Shown here: positions 1-28,889 of the stretch, one piece after another
Position numbering within the stretch: position 1 is the stretch's first letter
Layout: each line of letters begins with the position of its first letter
From: the human T2T-CHM13v2.0 reference genome, Homo sapiens
Assembly: GCF_009914755.1 (NCBI RefSeq)
Contig: NC_060943.1
Strand: one strand, 5' to 3'
DNA: 64,000 nucleotides
The notes under the pieces: model-generated
The model's database searches: none
Seen by the model: the letters and a program-made list of their open reading frames with translations, nothing else
Told to the model about the DNA's origin: nothing
Program-made: the position numbers and the translations under genes

Positions 1-115
1 ACCAAGTAAGGAAGATAACGGCTGGGGTCTGGAGCGTTGGGGCTGATGGTTCTGTAGTGCTGCCCGTTGGAGGCCCCGCCCCTGGCACTAACCCCTCCCC
101 CTTATCTCTTCGCAG

Positions 116-7657
<7,542 letters not shown>

Positions 7658-8142
7658 ACTGGAGCCCCAGACCCGCCCCCTCACCGCCTTGCTATAGGAG
7701 TCACCTGGAGCCTCGGTCTCTCCCAGGGCCGATCCTGTCTGCAGTCACATCTTTGTGGGGCCTGCTGACCCACAAGCTTTTGTTCTCTCAGTACTTGTTA
7801 CCCAGCTTCTCAACATCCAGGGCCCAATTTGCCCTGCCTGGAGTTCCCCCTGGCTCTAGGACACTCTAACAAGCTCTGTCCACGGGTCTCCCCATTCCCA
7901 CCAGGCCCTGCACACACCCACTCCGTAACCTCTCCCCTGTACCTGTGCCAAGCCTAGCACTTGTGATGCCTCCATGCCCCGAGGGCCCTCTCTCAGTTCT
8001 GGGAGGATGACTCCAGTCCCTGCACGCCCTGGCACACCCTTCACGGTTGCTACCCAGGCGGCCAAGCTCCAGACCGTGCCAGACCCAGGTGCCCCAGTGC
8101 CTTTGTCTATATTCTGCTCCCAGCCTGCCAGGCCCAGGAGGA

Positions 8143-8148
8143 AATAAA
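8143..8148 (+). terminator. CAPNS1 polyadenylation signal
   Basis: AATAAA about 490 nt after the stop codon. Confidence 0.85.
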
Positions 8149-8751
8149 CATGCCCCAGTTGCTGATCTCTATGGGATCTGCCTCCTGATCTGACCCGAGA
8201 GAGGAGGGGTGGCTCGGGCTCTGGGTCCTGGGGAGCAGGGGAGGTAGTAGATTCGTCCCCAGGGCTGGATCCGTGGATTTCCTCGTCTTTTTCTCGTCGG
8301 CATTTTTTGTCTCATCCTGAGCTGTGGAGGCTGAGACAGGACCCAGAAGCCCCAGTGATCTCTGCTTCTGCTTCCAGAGTCTGGGCTGGAGGGAGGTCTC
8401 AATGCCACTCCTGGCCCTGTCCCCCAAGGCCATGTTTGCCCCTCTTGCAGCTTCTCCATCCACACTTGGCCTCTGCCTCTGTTGTGTCATGGACCATGCT
8501 CAGTGTCTTCCTTCCCACTTGAGGACACCACCCCACGTCCCCGGGTCCCGAGGGGGAGCCTATGGGTGCTGTTTGGGGTACTCAGCAGAGGGCTGAGAGG
8601 TAGCAACATCCTAGGAGTATCCCTGGTCCAGCATGAGGCACCGAGGGCTGGGGGCAGTGGGCAGTCCACAGGGCAGAGATCCCTGGCTGGTGGGAGGATG
8701 GGCTTGGTGGGGAGGGGTGGACACAAACACAGACACACACAGAGGCCAGCG

Positions 8752-8757
8752 TTTATT
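8752..8757 (-). terminator. COX7A1 polyadenylation signal
   Basis: AATAAA on the - strand about 45 nt after TAA, followed by a GT-rich downstream tract (tgtgtgtgtctgtgtttgtgt). Confidence 0.9.
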
Positions 8758-8799
8758 GACACTTGTTCAAGTCTCTCAGGCCCCCCAGGCTTCTTGGTC

Positions 8800-8852
8800 T
8801 TAATTCCTGGGGAAGGAGGCCCAGCCAAGGGAGTACAAGCTGTAGACAGTGC
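8800..8852 (-). CDS. COX7A1: COX7A1 exon 4 coding part (GTVYSLYSLGWASFPRN*)
   Basis: ttctag|GC ACT GTC...AAT TAA. Confidence 0.96.
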
Positions 8853-10226
8853 CTAGAAAGGGGAAGCGTTGGAGACAGAATGAGACCTAATCCCCTCCCT
8901 GGACATCCCAGGCTTTTAAGGCCTTCAGGCTCCCTGGTTCCCAGCCTGGACCCCAGCTCTAGTTCGGACTCCAGCTCCCTTCCCAGATTGGACTCCTATT
9001 GTAAAGCCCCCTGGCTTTGATCTAGACCGGGCTGGGAGCTTTCTCCCCGACTCCTCCCTGGGCCTCAGCCCCACCACTAACCCAGCCCCCGTCCTGGGAC
9101 AAGAGCCCAAACCCTAGTTACTCCCCTCCCTGCAGGCCTGACTCCAGCTCAGTACTCGACCCCCTTCCTAAACGCCAACCCCCAACCCAGATCCTGGTCA
9201 GTCCTGCCCAGAAACCAGCCACCTCCTACTCTGGGTCCAGCCCCGCCTCCCCCGCAGCCCAGACGGGCCCTGCGCTCACCGCCCAGACACAGCGTCATTG
9301 TCACTCGGTACAGGATGTTGTCAACGATGCCGCCCTTCAGGTACAACGGGATGTCATTGTCCTCCTGGATGTGGGGGTGTCTGATGAGAAAGGGGTGCTG
9401 GCTGCTCCTTAGAGCGCGCCCCGCCTGCCCCGGCTCGGCGCGCTCCCGGCTGGCGCGTCGGATCCCCACGCCCCCCGCCCCCCCCACCTGGAAGAGCTTC
9501 TGTTTCTCGCGCACTCGGTTCTGAAAGCGGTTCCGGGCGGTGGAGCTGAAGGAGCGGATCAGCGCCTGGGACACCTGCGGGGTGGGAGGTGGGCGGGTAT
9601 TGGAGGCACCTGGAGGGGTGTCCTGAAGTGGGACCCCGCTCTCTGAGGCCTGGACGTGGGGACAGCCCCATCCCTAGCGAGCGTCCCAAAGGCGAGGAGG
9701 GTAATAGCTTGGATTCTGTTACCCGCGAACTGCCAGCTGGGTTGGGAGGGGACTCGCCCTGGAGTCTGGCCTGGGGGTGACCGGGCTGCCTAGAGGGTCC
9801 CGGAAGGGAGAGGACCCAGAAGGACTTTGTTCTGGGGGGCCTAAGTCCTGAGATTTTTGTTGGGGGAGGGTTTCCTGGATTAAAGGGAGGAAACCAGGTC
9901 CCGGGAACGTGGGGACCGGAATGGAGGTCCCCGGGAGCGTCCAGGCTGCCTGAGAAGGCCCGGGTGAGGCCAGTGTTAAGGGTTCCCGAGATGTCAAGTT
10001 CAAACCCGGGGCTTTGGGCCGGGGTGGGGGTCCCCAGTTGTCTCCGAAGAGTGGATTGTGGGGGAAGGGACCCAGGCTGTTTAGCGGGGAGTCCCAGGCC
10101 CTGAAGGTGGCTCACGTTCCAAGGCCCTAGATGCGGGGGCACTTGGAGAGTCGCGTATTAGGGCGGGGTTTTCTGGGTGGGGGGCTCCGGCCCAGCCCAT
10201 GGGGGCCTCACCCGAAGGGCCTGCAT
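8800..10226 (-). CDS. COX7A1: Cytochrome c oxidase subunit 7A1 (heart/muscle isoform), complement(join(8800-8852,9280-9364,9488-9574,10212-10226)), 79 aa
   Basis: Four GT-AG exons (15+87+85+53=240 nt) give MQALRVSQALIRSFSSTARNRFQNRVREKQKLFQEDNDIPLYLKGGIVDNILYRVTMTLCLGGTVYSLYSLGWASFPRN*. Confidence 0.98.
9280..9364 (-). CDS. COX7A1: COX7A1 exon 3
   Basis: atccag|GAG GAC AAT...GGC G|gtgag. Confidence 0.96.
9488..9574 (-). CDS. COX7A1: COX7A1 exon 2
   Basis: ccgcag|GTG TCC CAG...TTC CAG|gtggg. Confidence 0.96.
10212..10226 (-). CDS. COX7A1: COX7A1 exon 1 coding part (MQALR)
   Basis: agaATG CAG GCC CTT CGG|gtgag. Confidence 0.95.
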
Positions 10227-10736
10227 TCTGCCTTGTCCTCTTCCGCCGGAGTCACCTCCCTTCTCCGCCCAAGGACACGCGTAGTCCTCCTCTGTCCAGG
10301 AACCCCAGGCCCCACCCGCTGCGCGCAGCGTGACAGCTGGGGACGCGGCGGGGCTGGGGCTGGGGCTGGGGCTGGGTTGCGGGGAGTCCTGCTCCTCGGA
10401 TTCGTCCACCACGGAGGAGGCGGTCCAGACCCGCACCCTGGGCCGCAGCGCGCATCCGTTTCGGTCTCGGAATTTCGCTTGGTCCCACCGGAGCCCAAAG
10501 CGGTACCAGGGAATACATTTTTGCAGATTTTTGGAGATTTCCGCCGGGGGCAAGTGCAACTCCTCCCCGGATCTCTCCCTGCCCGCTGGTATGTGAGAGT
10601 GAGGAAACGCAGAAGGCCGTGTTCCAACTCCCTGTTCTGTCTACACAGCCAGAGATTGCACCTCCGAGCCTGTTTCCGTATCTGTAACGTGAGGGCTAAG
10701 GCAGGATCTTTCTCAGAGATTTGTTGAGACATTAAA

Positions 10737-10744
10737 TGACCTTG
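10737..10744 (-). promoter_or_regulatory. ERR/NR5A-type extended half-site (CAAGGTCA on the - strand)
   Basis: TGACCTTG on the + strand, at the end of a MIR-like fragment (about 10660-10740); function is inferred. Confidence 0.4.
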
Positions 10745-10817
10745 TTTTTAGGAAACACAAGCTAAAGTCTTTGGGAGTAAAACGGTATTTTATGTTACCC
10801 TAAGAAACACATCATAT

Positions 10818-10827
10818 CTATTTATAG
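10818..10827. promoter_or_regulatory. MEF2 site upstream of COX7A1
   Basis: CTATTTATAG is a perfect CTA(A/T)4TAG, about 600 bp upstream of the ATG of a muscle-restricted gene. Confidence 0.7.
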
Positions 10828-10914
10828 CTCTCTAATTCTGGCAGTCAACGGGGTGCAGCACAGTTGTCCTAATGGTTTTAGCAACCAGGAAAGATCCTGG
10901 CCTAGTCTACAAGG

Positions 10915-13270
<2,356 letters not shown>

Positions 13271-13299
13271 GTTTTTCTTTCATTTTCTTTATTTGTTTA

Positions 13300-13732
13300 T
13301 TTCATGCGCGTCCGTGTGAAGAGACCACCAAACAGGCTTTGTGTGAGCAACATGGCTGTTTATTTCACCTGGGTGCAGGCGGGCTGAGTCAGAAAAGAGA
13401 GTCAGCGAAGGGAGATAGGGATGGGGCCATTTTATAGGATTTGGGAAGGTAATGGAAAATTACTGTCAAAGGGGGTTGTGCTCTGGTGGGCAGGGGCGAG
13501 GGGGTCACAAAGTGCTCAGTGGGGGAGCTTCTGAGCCAGGAGAAGGAAATTCACAGGGTTAATCACTCAGTTAAGGTGGGGCAGGAACAAATCACAATGG
13601 TGGAATGTCATCAGTTAATGCGGGGCAGGGCCTTTTCACTTTTGTGATTCTTCAGTTACTTCAGGCCATCTGGGTGTATACGTGCAAGTCACAGGAGATG
13701 CGATGGCTTGGCTTGGGCTCAGAGGCCTGACA
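13300..13732 (-). mobile_element. HERV-H 3' LTR
   Basis: Copy of the 5' LTR; TATAAAA 13430-13436 and AATAAA 13359-13364 are intact. Confidence 0.92.
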
Positions 13733-15493
13733 TTCCTGCCTTATGTTAATAAGAAAAATAAAATAGTGTCGAAGTGTTGGGGTGGCGAAAATTTTTGGGG
13801 GGTGGTATGAAGAGAGAATGGGCGATGTTTCTCAGGGCTGCTTCAAGCGGGATTAGGGGCGGCGTGGGAACCTAGAGTGGGAGAGATTAAGCTGAAGGGA
13901 GATCTTGTGGAAAGGGGTGATATTGTGGGGATGTTAGAAGAAACATTTGTCGTATAGAATGATTGGTGATCGCCTGGATACGGTTTTGTATGAATTGAAA
14001 AACTAAATGGAATAAGAAAAGGAGCAAAACAGGTATAAAAGGACTAAGAATTGGGAGGACCTAGGACATCTGATTAGAGAGTGCCTAAGGAGATTCAGCA
14101 TAGTCCTGCCAGCAAAGATTATTTATTTACTTCAAGAGTTAAGAGTGGCAGTTTGGGGATAGCATGAGGAGATATCAGCTGTGATGGCTTGGAGAAACTG
14201 TGTAAACTGGCAGTGTAAACAAGAGCAGGGCATGTATGAGTAGTTGAGAACGGTGAATAGGAGTATGACTAGACAGAAGATAGTAGGGATGACAAGTTAT
14301 TCGGGGGCACAGTCTAAGTTGGTCTGGTGTCTGGAATGAGACTGGGGCCTAATAAAAAGGAGCGTCTATACAGGAGCTTAAATGGGCTGTAGCTTGTAGC
14401 ATTCTGAGGACAGGTCTGACTTCTGAGAAGGGAAAGTGGTAAAAGTATTGTCCAGTCCTTTTTAAGTTGGTGGCTGAGCTTGGTGAGGTGTGTTTTTAAT
14501 AGACCATTAGTCTGTCACTGAATACTAAGAGCTGGAAAAAATGCTTGGCTGATTTGACTAATAAAGGCTAGTCTGTTACCAGACTGTATAGAGGTGGGAA
14601 GGCTAAACTGAGGAATTATGTCTGACAGAAGGGAAGAAATGACTGTGGTGGCCTTCTCAGACCCTGTAGGAAAGGCCTCTCCCTATCTAGTGAAAGTGTC
14701 TACTTAGACTAAGAGGTATTTCAGTTTTTGTGACTCGGGGCATGTTGAGTAAAGCTAATTTGCCAGTCCTGGGCTGGGGCAAATGCTCAAGCTTGATGTG
14801 TAGGGAAGGGAGGGGGCCTGAATAATCCTTGAGGAGTAGTAGAATAACAGATGGAACACTGAGAAGTTATTTCCTTGAGGATAGATTTCTACAATGGAAA
14901 GGAAATGAAAGGTTCTAAGAGGCGGGCTAGTGGCTTGTACTATAGCATAGCCTGCCTTTGCTGGTGTGTGGCGATTAGGCCTGGTGGAACTGCCATCAAT
15001 AAATCAAGCGTGATCAGGGTGAGGAACAGGGAAGAAGGAAATGTGGGGAAATGGGATGAACATCAGGTGGATCACAGAGATGCAGTCATGGGGGTCAGGT
15101 GTGGTATCCGGAATAATGTGGGAGGCTGGATTGAAGTCCGGGCCAGGAACAATGGTCATTGTGGGACTTAACAAAGAGTGAGTACAGCTGAAGGAGCCAG
15201 GGAGCAGAAAGTATATGCGTCAGGTGTGAGGAAGAAAATAGATTTTGGAAGTTATGAGAAATGTAGAGAGTGAGTTGAGCATAGTTTGTGATTTTGAGGG
15301 CCTCTAATAGTATTAAAGCAGTGGCAGCCGCTACACGCAGACATGAGGGCTAGGCTAAAACAGTAAGGTCAAGTTGTTTGCACAGAAAGGCTACAGGGTG
15401 CGGTCCTGGCTCTTGTGTAAGAATTCTGACCGCACTAACCATGCCTAGGAAGGAAAGGAGTTGTTGTTTTGTAAGGGATCGAGGTTTGGGAGA

Positions 15494-16060
15494 TTAATCG
15501 GACACGAACAGCAGGGAGAGCACATGTGTTTTTACGAGAATTATGCCGAGATAGGTAACAGATGAGGATGAAATTTGGGCTTGACTGAAGTAATGGGGTC
15601 TGTCTGTGAAGCCTTGCGGCAGTACAGCCCAGGTAATTTGCTGAGCCTGATGGGTGTCAGGGTCAGTCCAAGTGAAAGGGAAGAGAGGCTGGGATGACGG
15701 GTGCAAAGGAATAGGAAAGAAAGCATGTTTGAGATCCAGAACAGAATAATGGATTGTGGAGGGAGGTATTGAGGATAGGAGAGTATATGGGTTTGGCACC
15801 ATGGGGTGGATAGGCAAAACAATTTGGTTAATAAGGCATAGATCCTGAACTAACCTGTAAGGCTTTTCCAGTTTTTGGACAGGTAAAATGGGGGAATTGT
15901 AAGGAGAGTTTATAGGCTTTAAAAGGCCATGCTGTAGCAGGCGAGTGATAACAGGCTTTAATCCTTTCAAAGCATGCTGTGGGATGGGATGTTGGCATTG
16001 AGCCGGGTAAGGGTGATTAGCTTTTAATGAGATGGTAAGGGGTGCATGATCGGTCACCAA
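15494..16060 (-). pseudogene. HERV-H reverse transcriptase remnant
   Basis: SPYNSPILPV, YRLVQDL, VLDLKHAFF and LPQGF motifs, then a deletion that removes YxDD. Confidence 0.88.
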
Positions 16061-16078
16061 GGAGGGAGTAGAGGTATC

Positions 16079-16438
16079 TTATACTTGTGGGTTAAGGTGG
16101 GGGGATACAAGAGGAGGATGCAAAGGAGGCTTTGGATTGGGAAGAAGGGCGGCAATGAGATGCAGCTGTAGTCCAGGAATAGTCAGGGAAGCAGATAATT
16201 TGGTTAAAATATCTCGGCCTAATAAGGGAACTGGGCAGGTGGGGATAACTAAAAATGAGTGCATAAAAGAGTATTGTCTAAGTTGGCACCAGAGTTGGGG
16301 AGTTTTAAGAGTTTTAGAAGCCTGGCTGTCAATACCTACAACAGTTATGGAGGCAAAGGAAACAGGCCCTTGAAAAGAAGGTAATGTGGAGTGGGTAGCC
16401 TCCGTATTGATTGAGAAGGGGACGGACTTACCCTCCAC
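16079..16438 (-). pseudogene. HERV-H protease remnant (inactive)
   Basis: FSINTEATHS in place of the catalytic DTGA motif; LLGRDIL motif present. Confidence 0.85.
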
Positions 16439-16518
16439 TGTGAGAGTTACCTAAAGCTCGGCATCTGTGATGGTCTACGGGGCTTCCGAGGCAATCGGGC
16501 AGCGTCAGTCTTCAGCCG

Positions 16519-16887
16519 CTAAGCCAAGAAGGAGTCAGTCAGAGAGCCTTGGGCAAGAGTTCCAGGGGCTCTGGGAGTGGCTGCCAGGTGAGTTGAACAG
16601 TCCGATTTCCAGTGGGGTCCTGCACAGATGGGACACGGCTTAGGAGGAATCCTGGACTGCAGGCATTCCTTGGCCTGGTGGTCAGATTTCTGGCACTTGT
16701 AGCAAGCTCCTGGGGGAGGAGGTTCTGGAGGAACGCCTGGCCGCTGCGGTTCAGGCGTTTGGAAGTTCTTGTGTGCTGGAGATGTGGCTGGGGTTTGTCT
16801 CACAGTGGAGGCAAGGAATTGCAACTTTTTTTTATTATTGTACACCTTAATTAAGTCCTGTTTTGGGGTTTGAGGGCCAGATTCCAA
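16519..16887 (-). pseudogene. HERV-H gag nucleocapsid remnant
   Basis: Two zinc knuckles CYKCQKSDHQAKEC and CPICAGPHWKSDC; the upstream gag is broken by stops and frameshifts. Confidence 0.85.
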
Positions 16888-18382
16888 TTTTTGGAGTTTT
16901 ATTTAATGTCGGGAGCAGATTGGATAATAAAATGTATATTGAGAATAAGATGGCCTTTTGACCTTTTAGGGTCTAGGGCTGTAAAGCATCTCAGGGTTGC
17001 TGCCGAACAAGCCATGAACTGGGCTGTGTTTTTATATTTGATGAAAAAGAGCCTAAACGCTTCTGATTTGGGATAAAGAAAAAGCATTAACCTTGACTAT
17101 GCCTTTGGCTCCAGCCACCTTTTTAAGAGTAAATTGCTGGGCAGGTGGGGGAGGGCTAGTCACAGAACGAAACTGTAAGCTGGACCAGGTGTGAGGAGGG
17201 GAGGTGATAAAAGGATTATAGGGTGGAGGAGCGGAGGCTGAGGAAGAATTGGGACCTAGCTCGGCCTGGCGAGGAGGGGAGAGGTCAGATGGGTCTGTAG
17301 AAAAGGAAGATTAGAAAGACTCAGCAATGCTTGGGGTTGGGAGTGAGGGGACAGGTGGGAGGGAAAGAAGGAAGATTTGGGACGAGTTGCACTGGGCACA
17401 GAGACTAGGAAGGGACTGATGTGTAAAAGAATGCCTGGACATCAGGCACCTCAGACCATTTGCCCATTTTACGACTAGAATTATTTAGATCTTGTAGGAT
17501 GGAAACATTGAAAGTGCCGTTTTCCAGCTATTTGGAACTACTGTGGAGTTTGTATTGGGGTCAAGCGGCATTGCAGAAGAAAATAAGACGCTTAGATTTT
17601 AGGTCAGGTGAGAGTTGAAGAGGTTTATAAGTTCTTAAGAATACAGGCTAAGGGAGAAGGAGGAGGAATGGAGGGTGGAAACTTGCCCATAGTGAAGGAG
17701 GCAAGCCCAGAGAAAAGAGTAGAGACACGGAGAAGGGGCGGGGGTTTCTTGCCCTTCAGAAAAGCAGAGAAAGGGTTGGGGCATGGAAATAAGGGATTGG
17801 GGGTTCTTGCCCCCTAGAAAAGTGGGACTTACCACTAACGGTGAAGAAGGGGTTGAGGGGTTCTTGCTCCTGCCCCAGAAGAGCAGAGAAGGGGTAGAGA
17901 CACGGAGAGAAGGGGTTGGGGTACTTGCCCCTCCCCGAGAAAAGCGGGACTTGCCACTAAGGGTGAAGGACCAAGGCAGGTGTCCCTGCGTGGTTTGACA
18001 CCTTTGAAACGTGGGGGAATAATCAGAGAGGTGGCCCTGCAATGATTAAACACCAAGGGAAGGCTGCCTTCCCAGTCCGTGACCGGCGCCGGAGTTTTGG
18101 GTCCACGGATAAAACGTGTCTCCTTTGTCTCTACCAGAAAATGAAAGGAATTGAAATTAAGAGAATGGAGAGATTGAAGTGTGGCGCCAAGATTGAAAGG
18201 AGAAAGAGGTTGAGGGATAGGGAGGTTGGAGAAGAGAGTAAAAAGAGGCCGCTTACCGGATTTGAAATTGGTGAGATGTTTCTTGGGCTGGTCAGTCTGA
18301 GGACCTGAGGTCATAGGTGGATCTTTCTCACGGAGCAAAGAGCAGGAGGACGGGGGATTGATCTCCCAAGGGAGGTCCCCCG

Positions 18383-18400
18383 ATCAGAGTCACGGCACCA
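18383..18400 (-). other. Primer binding site for tRNA-His
   Basis: TGGTGCCGTGACTCTGAT, a 17/18 match to the complement of the tRNA-His 3' end. Confidence 0.9.
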
Positions 18401-18416
18401 AATTTCATGCGCCACA

Positions 18417-18848
18417 TTTCATGCGCGTCCATGTGAAGAGACCACCAAACAGGCTTTGTGTGAGCAACATGGCTGTTTATTTCACCTGGGTGCAGGCGGG
18501 CTGAGTCGGAAAAGAGAGTCAGCGAAGGGAGATAGGGGTGGGGCCGTTTTATAGGATTTGGGAAGGTAATGGAAAATTACAGTCAAAGGGGGTTCTCTGG
18601 TGGGCAGGGGCAGGGGGTCACAAAGTGCTCAGTGGGGGAGCTTCTGAGCCAGGAGAAGGAAATTCACAGGGTTAATCACTCAGTTAAGGTGGGGCAGGAA
18701 CAAATCACAATGGTGGAATGTCATCAGTTAATGCGGGGCAGGGCCTTTTCACTTCTTTTGTGATTCGTCAGTTACTTCAGGCCGTCTGGGCATATACGAG
18801 CAAGTCACAGGGGTTGCGATGGCTTGGCTTGGGCTCAGAGGCCTGACA
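18417..18848 (-). mobile_element. HERV-H 5' LTR (LTR7 family, probably LTR7Y-like)
   Basis: TATAAAA at 18547-18553, GC/GT box, AATAAA. By eye about 12 substitutions and 3 small indels versus the 3' LTR. Subfamily is from recall only. Confidence 0.9.
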
Positions 18849-18853
18849 GTTTA

Positions 18854-25845
<6,992 letters not shown>

Positions 25846-26269
25846 TGAGCTAAAGTGATCTGCCTACCTCAGCCTCCCAAAGTGCTGGGATTACAGGAGA
25901 GAGCCACCTTGCCTGGCCGTGATGCTTATTATTTTAAACCACTGTTTTGGGTGGCGGTGTTTTTGAGACAGAGTTTCGCTCTTGTTGCCCAGGCTGGAGC
26001 GCAGTGGTGCGATCTCAGCTCACTGCAACATCCACCTCCTGGATTCAAGTGATTCTCCTGCCTCAGGCCTCTCCAGTAGCTGGGATTACAGGTGCCTGCC
26101 ACCACGCCCGGCTAATTTTTTGTATTTCTAATAGAGACAGGGTTTCCTCATGTTGGCCAGATTGGTCTCGAACTCCAGACCTCGGGTGATCCACCTGCCT
26201 CGGCCTCCCACAGTGCGGGGATTACAGGCGTGAGCCACCGTGCCAGGCCTGTTTTTGTTTGTTTTTTGA

Positions 26270-26702
<433 letters not shown>

Positions 26703-27318
26703 ATAGGGCCTGGCATGGCAAACTGCCTGGACCTTCCGCACTGCTCCCTACCATCACCCTCCAATCCCAGTTCCTGGGAGGGAATCCCGGGTCTCATTCC
26801 ACCCATTTCTCCTCCCCAGCACCTTCCCCAGTTCCTGCCCACCATCATCTTCTCGCTTCTGGCTCACTGCACCCATCTCTTCTCTGTTCTCCGTGTATAC
26901 AGCTGTAATCATTATCTAGTTAATTGCTCCGACTCTGAGAGAGTAATAAAATTTCTCTTATCTCAACACAAAGTCTTTGGTTACAGCCTGGACAAGTTTC
27001 CTGGATTAAGCTCCAAGGTGCCAGGAAGTCTGGAACAATATCTCCATATCAAAAACAATGAAGCAGCTGGCACAGGGGCTCACGCCTGTAATCCCAGCCT
27101 GGGCGACAGAGCGAGTCCTTGTCTCTAAACAAAACAAAACAAAAACTGCTGCTGCCATAGCACAGGTCTCATTTAGGAATGGTTTTGTCAACTTGCGGGA
27201 CAAATGAGCTCAAACTCAGTATAAATGGCCAGCTGGGGGATGCCATCTCTGCTGCTCTGTATCGGTTTACATGAGGACTTAGCTGCTAGAACAAAAAAGC
27301 ACCAACATATGTGGTTTA

Positions 27319-27498
<180 letters not shown>

Positions 27499-27509
27499 CT
27501 AGCTACTCA

Positions 27510-27605
<96 letters not shown>

Positions 27606-27903
27606 TCAAAATAAATAAATAAATAAATAAATAAAAACAGAATTTACATACCAACGGATCTCAATATAGGGGTCTTATTTGGATCTTGATATAAACAAAT
27701 ATTTTAAAATTTATGACTTTTTTTTTTTTTTTTTTTTTTAGACAAGGTCTCACTCCAGCCTGGGTGAGGTGACAGAGTGAAACTATGTCTCAAAAAAAAA
27801 AAAAAAAAAGAGTCCTTATATCTTAGAAACACATAAACACATACTCATTTTTTTTTTTTGGTGGCATGGTGTGATGTATAGTGTATTAGCTATCTATTGC
27901 TAA

Positions 27904-28350
<447 letters not shown>

Positions 28351-28395
28351 TAGGTGGGAAGGGGACCTGCCCTCGGGCGGACTTTGGTGCCGCTC

Positions 28396-28414
28396 TGCTG
28401 CCATCTTGTGGCGG
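28396..28414 (-). promoter_or_regulatory. Strong CTCF core motif in a locally CpG-containing unique patch
   Basis: CCGCCACAAGATGGCAGCA on the - strand. Confidence 0.65.
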
Positions 28415-28523
28415 GCACAGAAACAACTGCCCTTTCCACCTGGTCCTTCCCATACTCTAACCATTCTTGGTATTTTAGAACTTGCTATTCAAAATTTTTA
28501 GTTTTTATTCTCCCAGTTGCTGA

Positions 28524-28889
<366 letters not shown>

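Larger units (their letters stand above)
9240..10580. promoter_or_regulatory. CpG-rich region spanning the COX7A1 promoter to exon 3, with GC boxes, an E-box (CAGCTG 10334-10339) and a (GGGGCT)n run (10350-10376)
   Basis: High GC and CpG density seen directly; motifs read from the sequence. Confidence 0.75.
13300..18848 (-). mobile_element. HERV-H provirus (about 5.55 kb, common internally deleted form) with two LTR7-family LTRs
   Basis: Direct-repeat LTRs TGTCAGGCC...GCGCATGAAA at 18417-18848 and 13300-13732; 5-bp TSD GTTTA at 13295-13299 and 18849-18853; tRNA-His PBS; gag, pro and pol remnants; purine tract AAGGCAGGAA before the 3' LTR; no env ORF. Confidence 0.96.

Noticed and set aside
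10350-10376. (GGGGCT)n as a disease-type hexanucleotide expansion
   Set aside because: Only about 4.5 units; kept only as a G4/SP1 candidate.
10227-10559. Open frame upstream of and in frame with the COX7A1 ATG
   Set aside because: It starts at TTG, has no in-frame ATG, and an extension would bury the mitochondrial presequence; GC content explains it.
9354-10732. Long ORFs 9354-10142 (262 aa), 10131-10727 (198 aa) and 10208-10732 (174 aa) over COX7A1
   Set aside because: Stop-poor GC-rich sequence with low-complexity Pro/Gly/Arg products and no recognisable domain.
15494-18338. HERV-H ORFs as functional Gag/Pro/Pol proteins
   Set aside because: Fragmented frames, mutated protease active site, RT lacking YxDD and no env.
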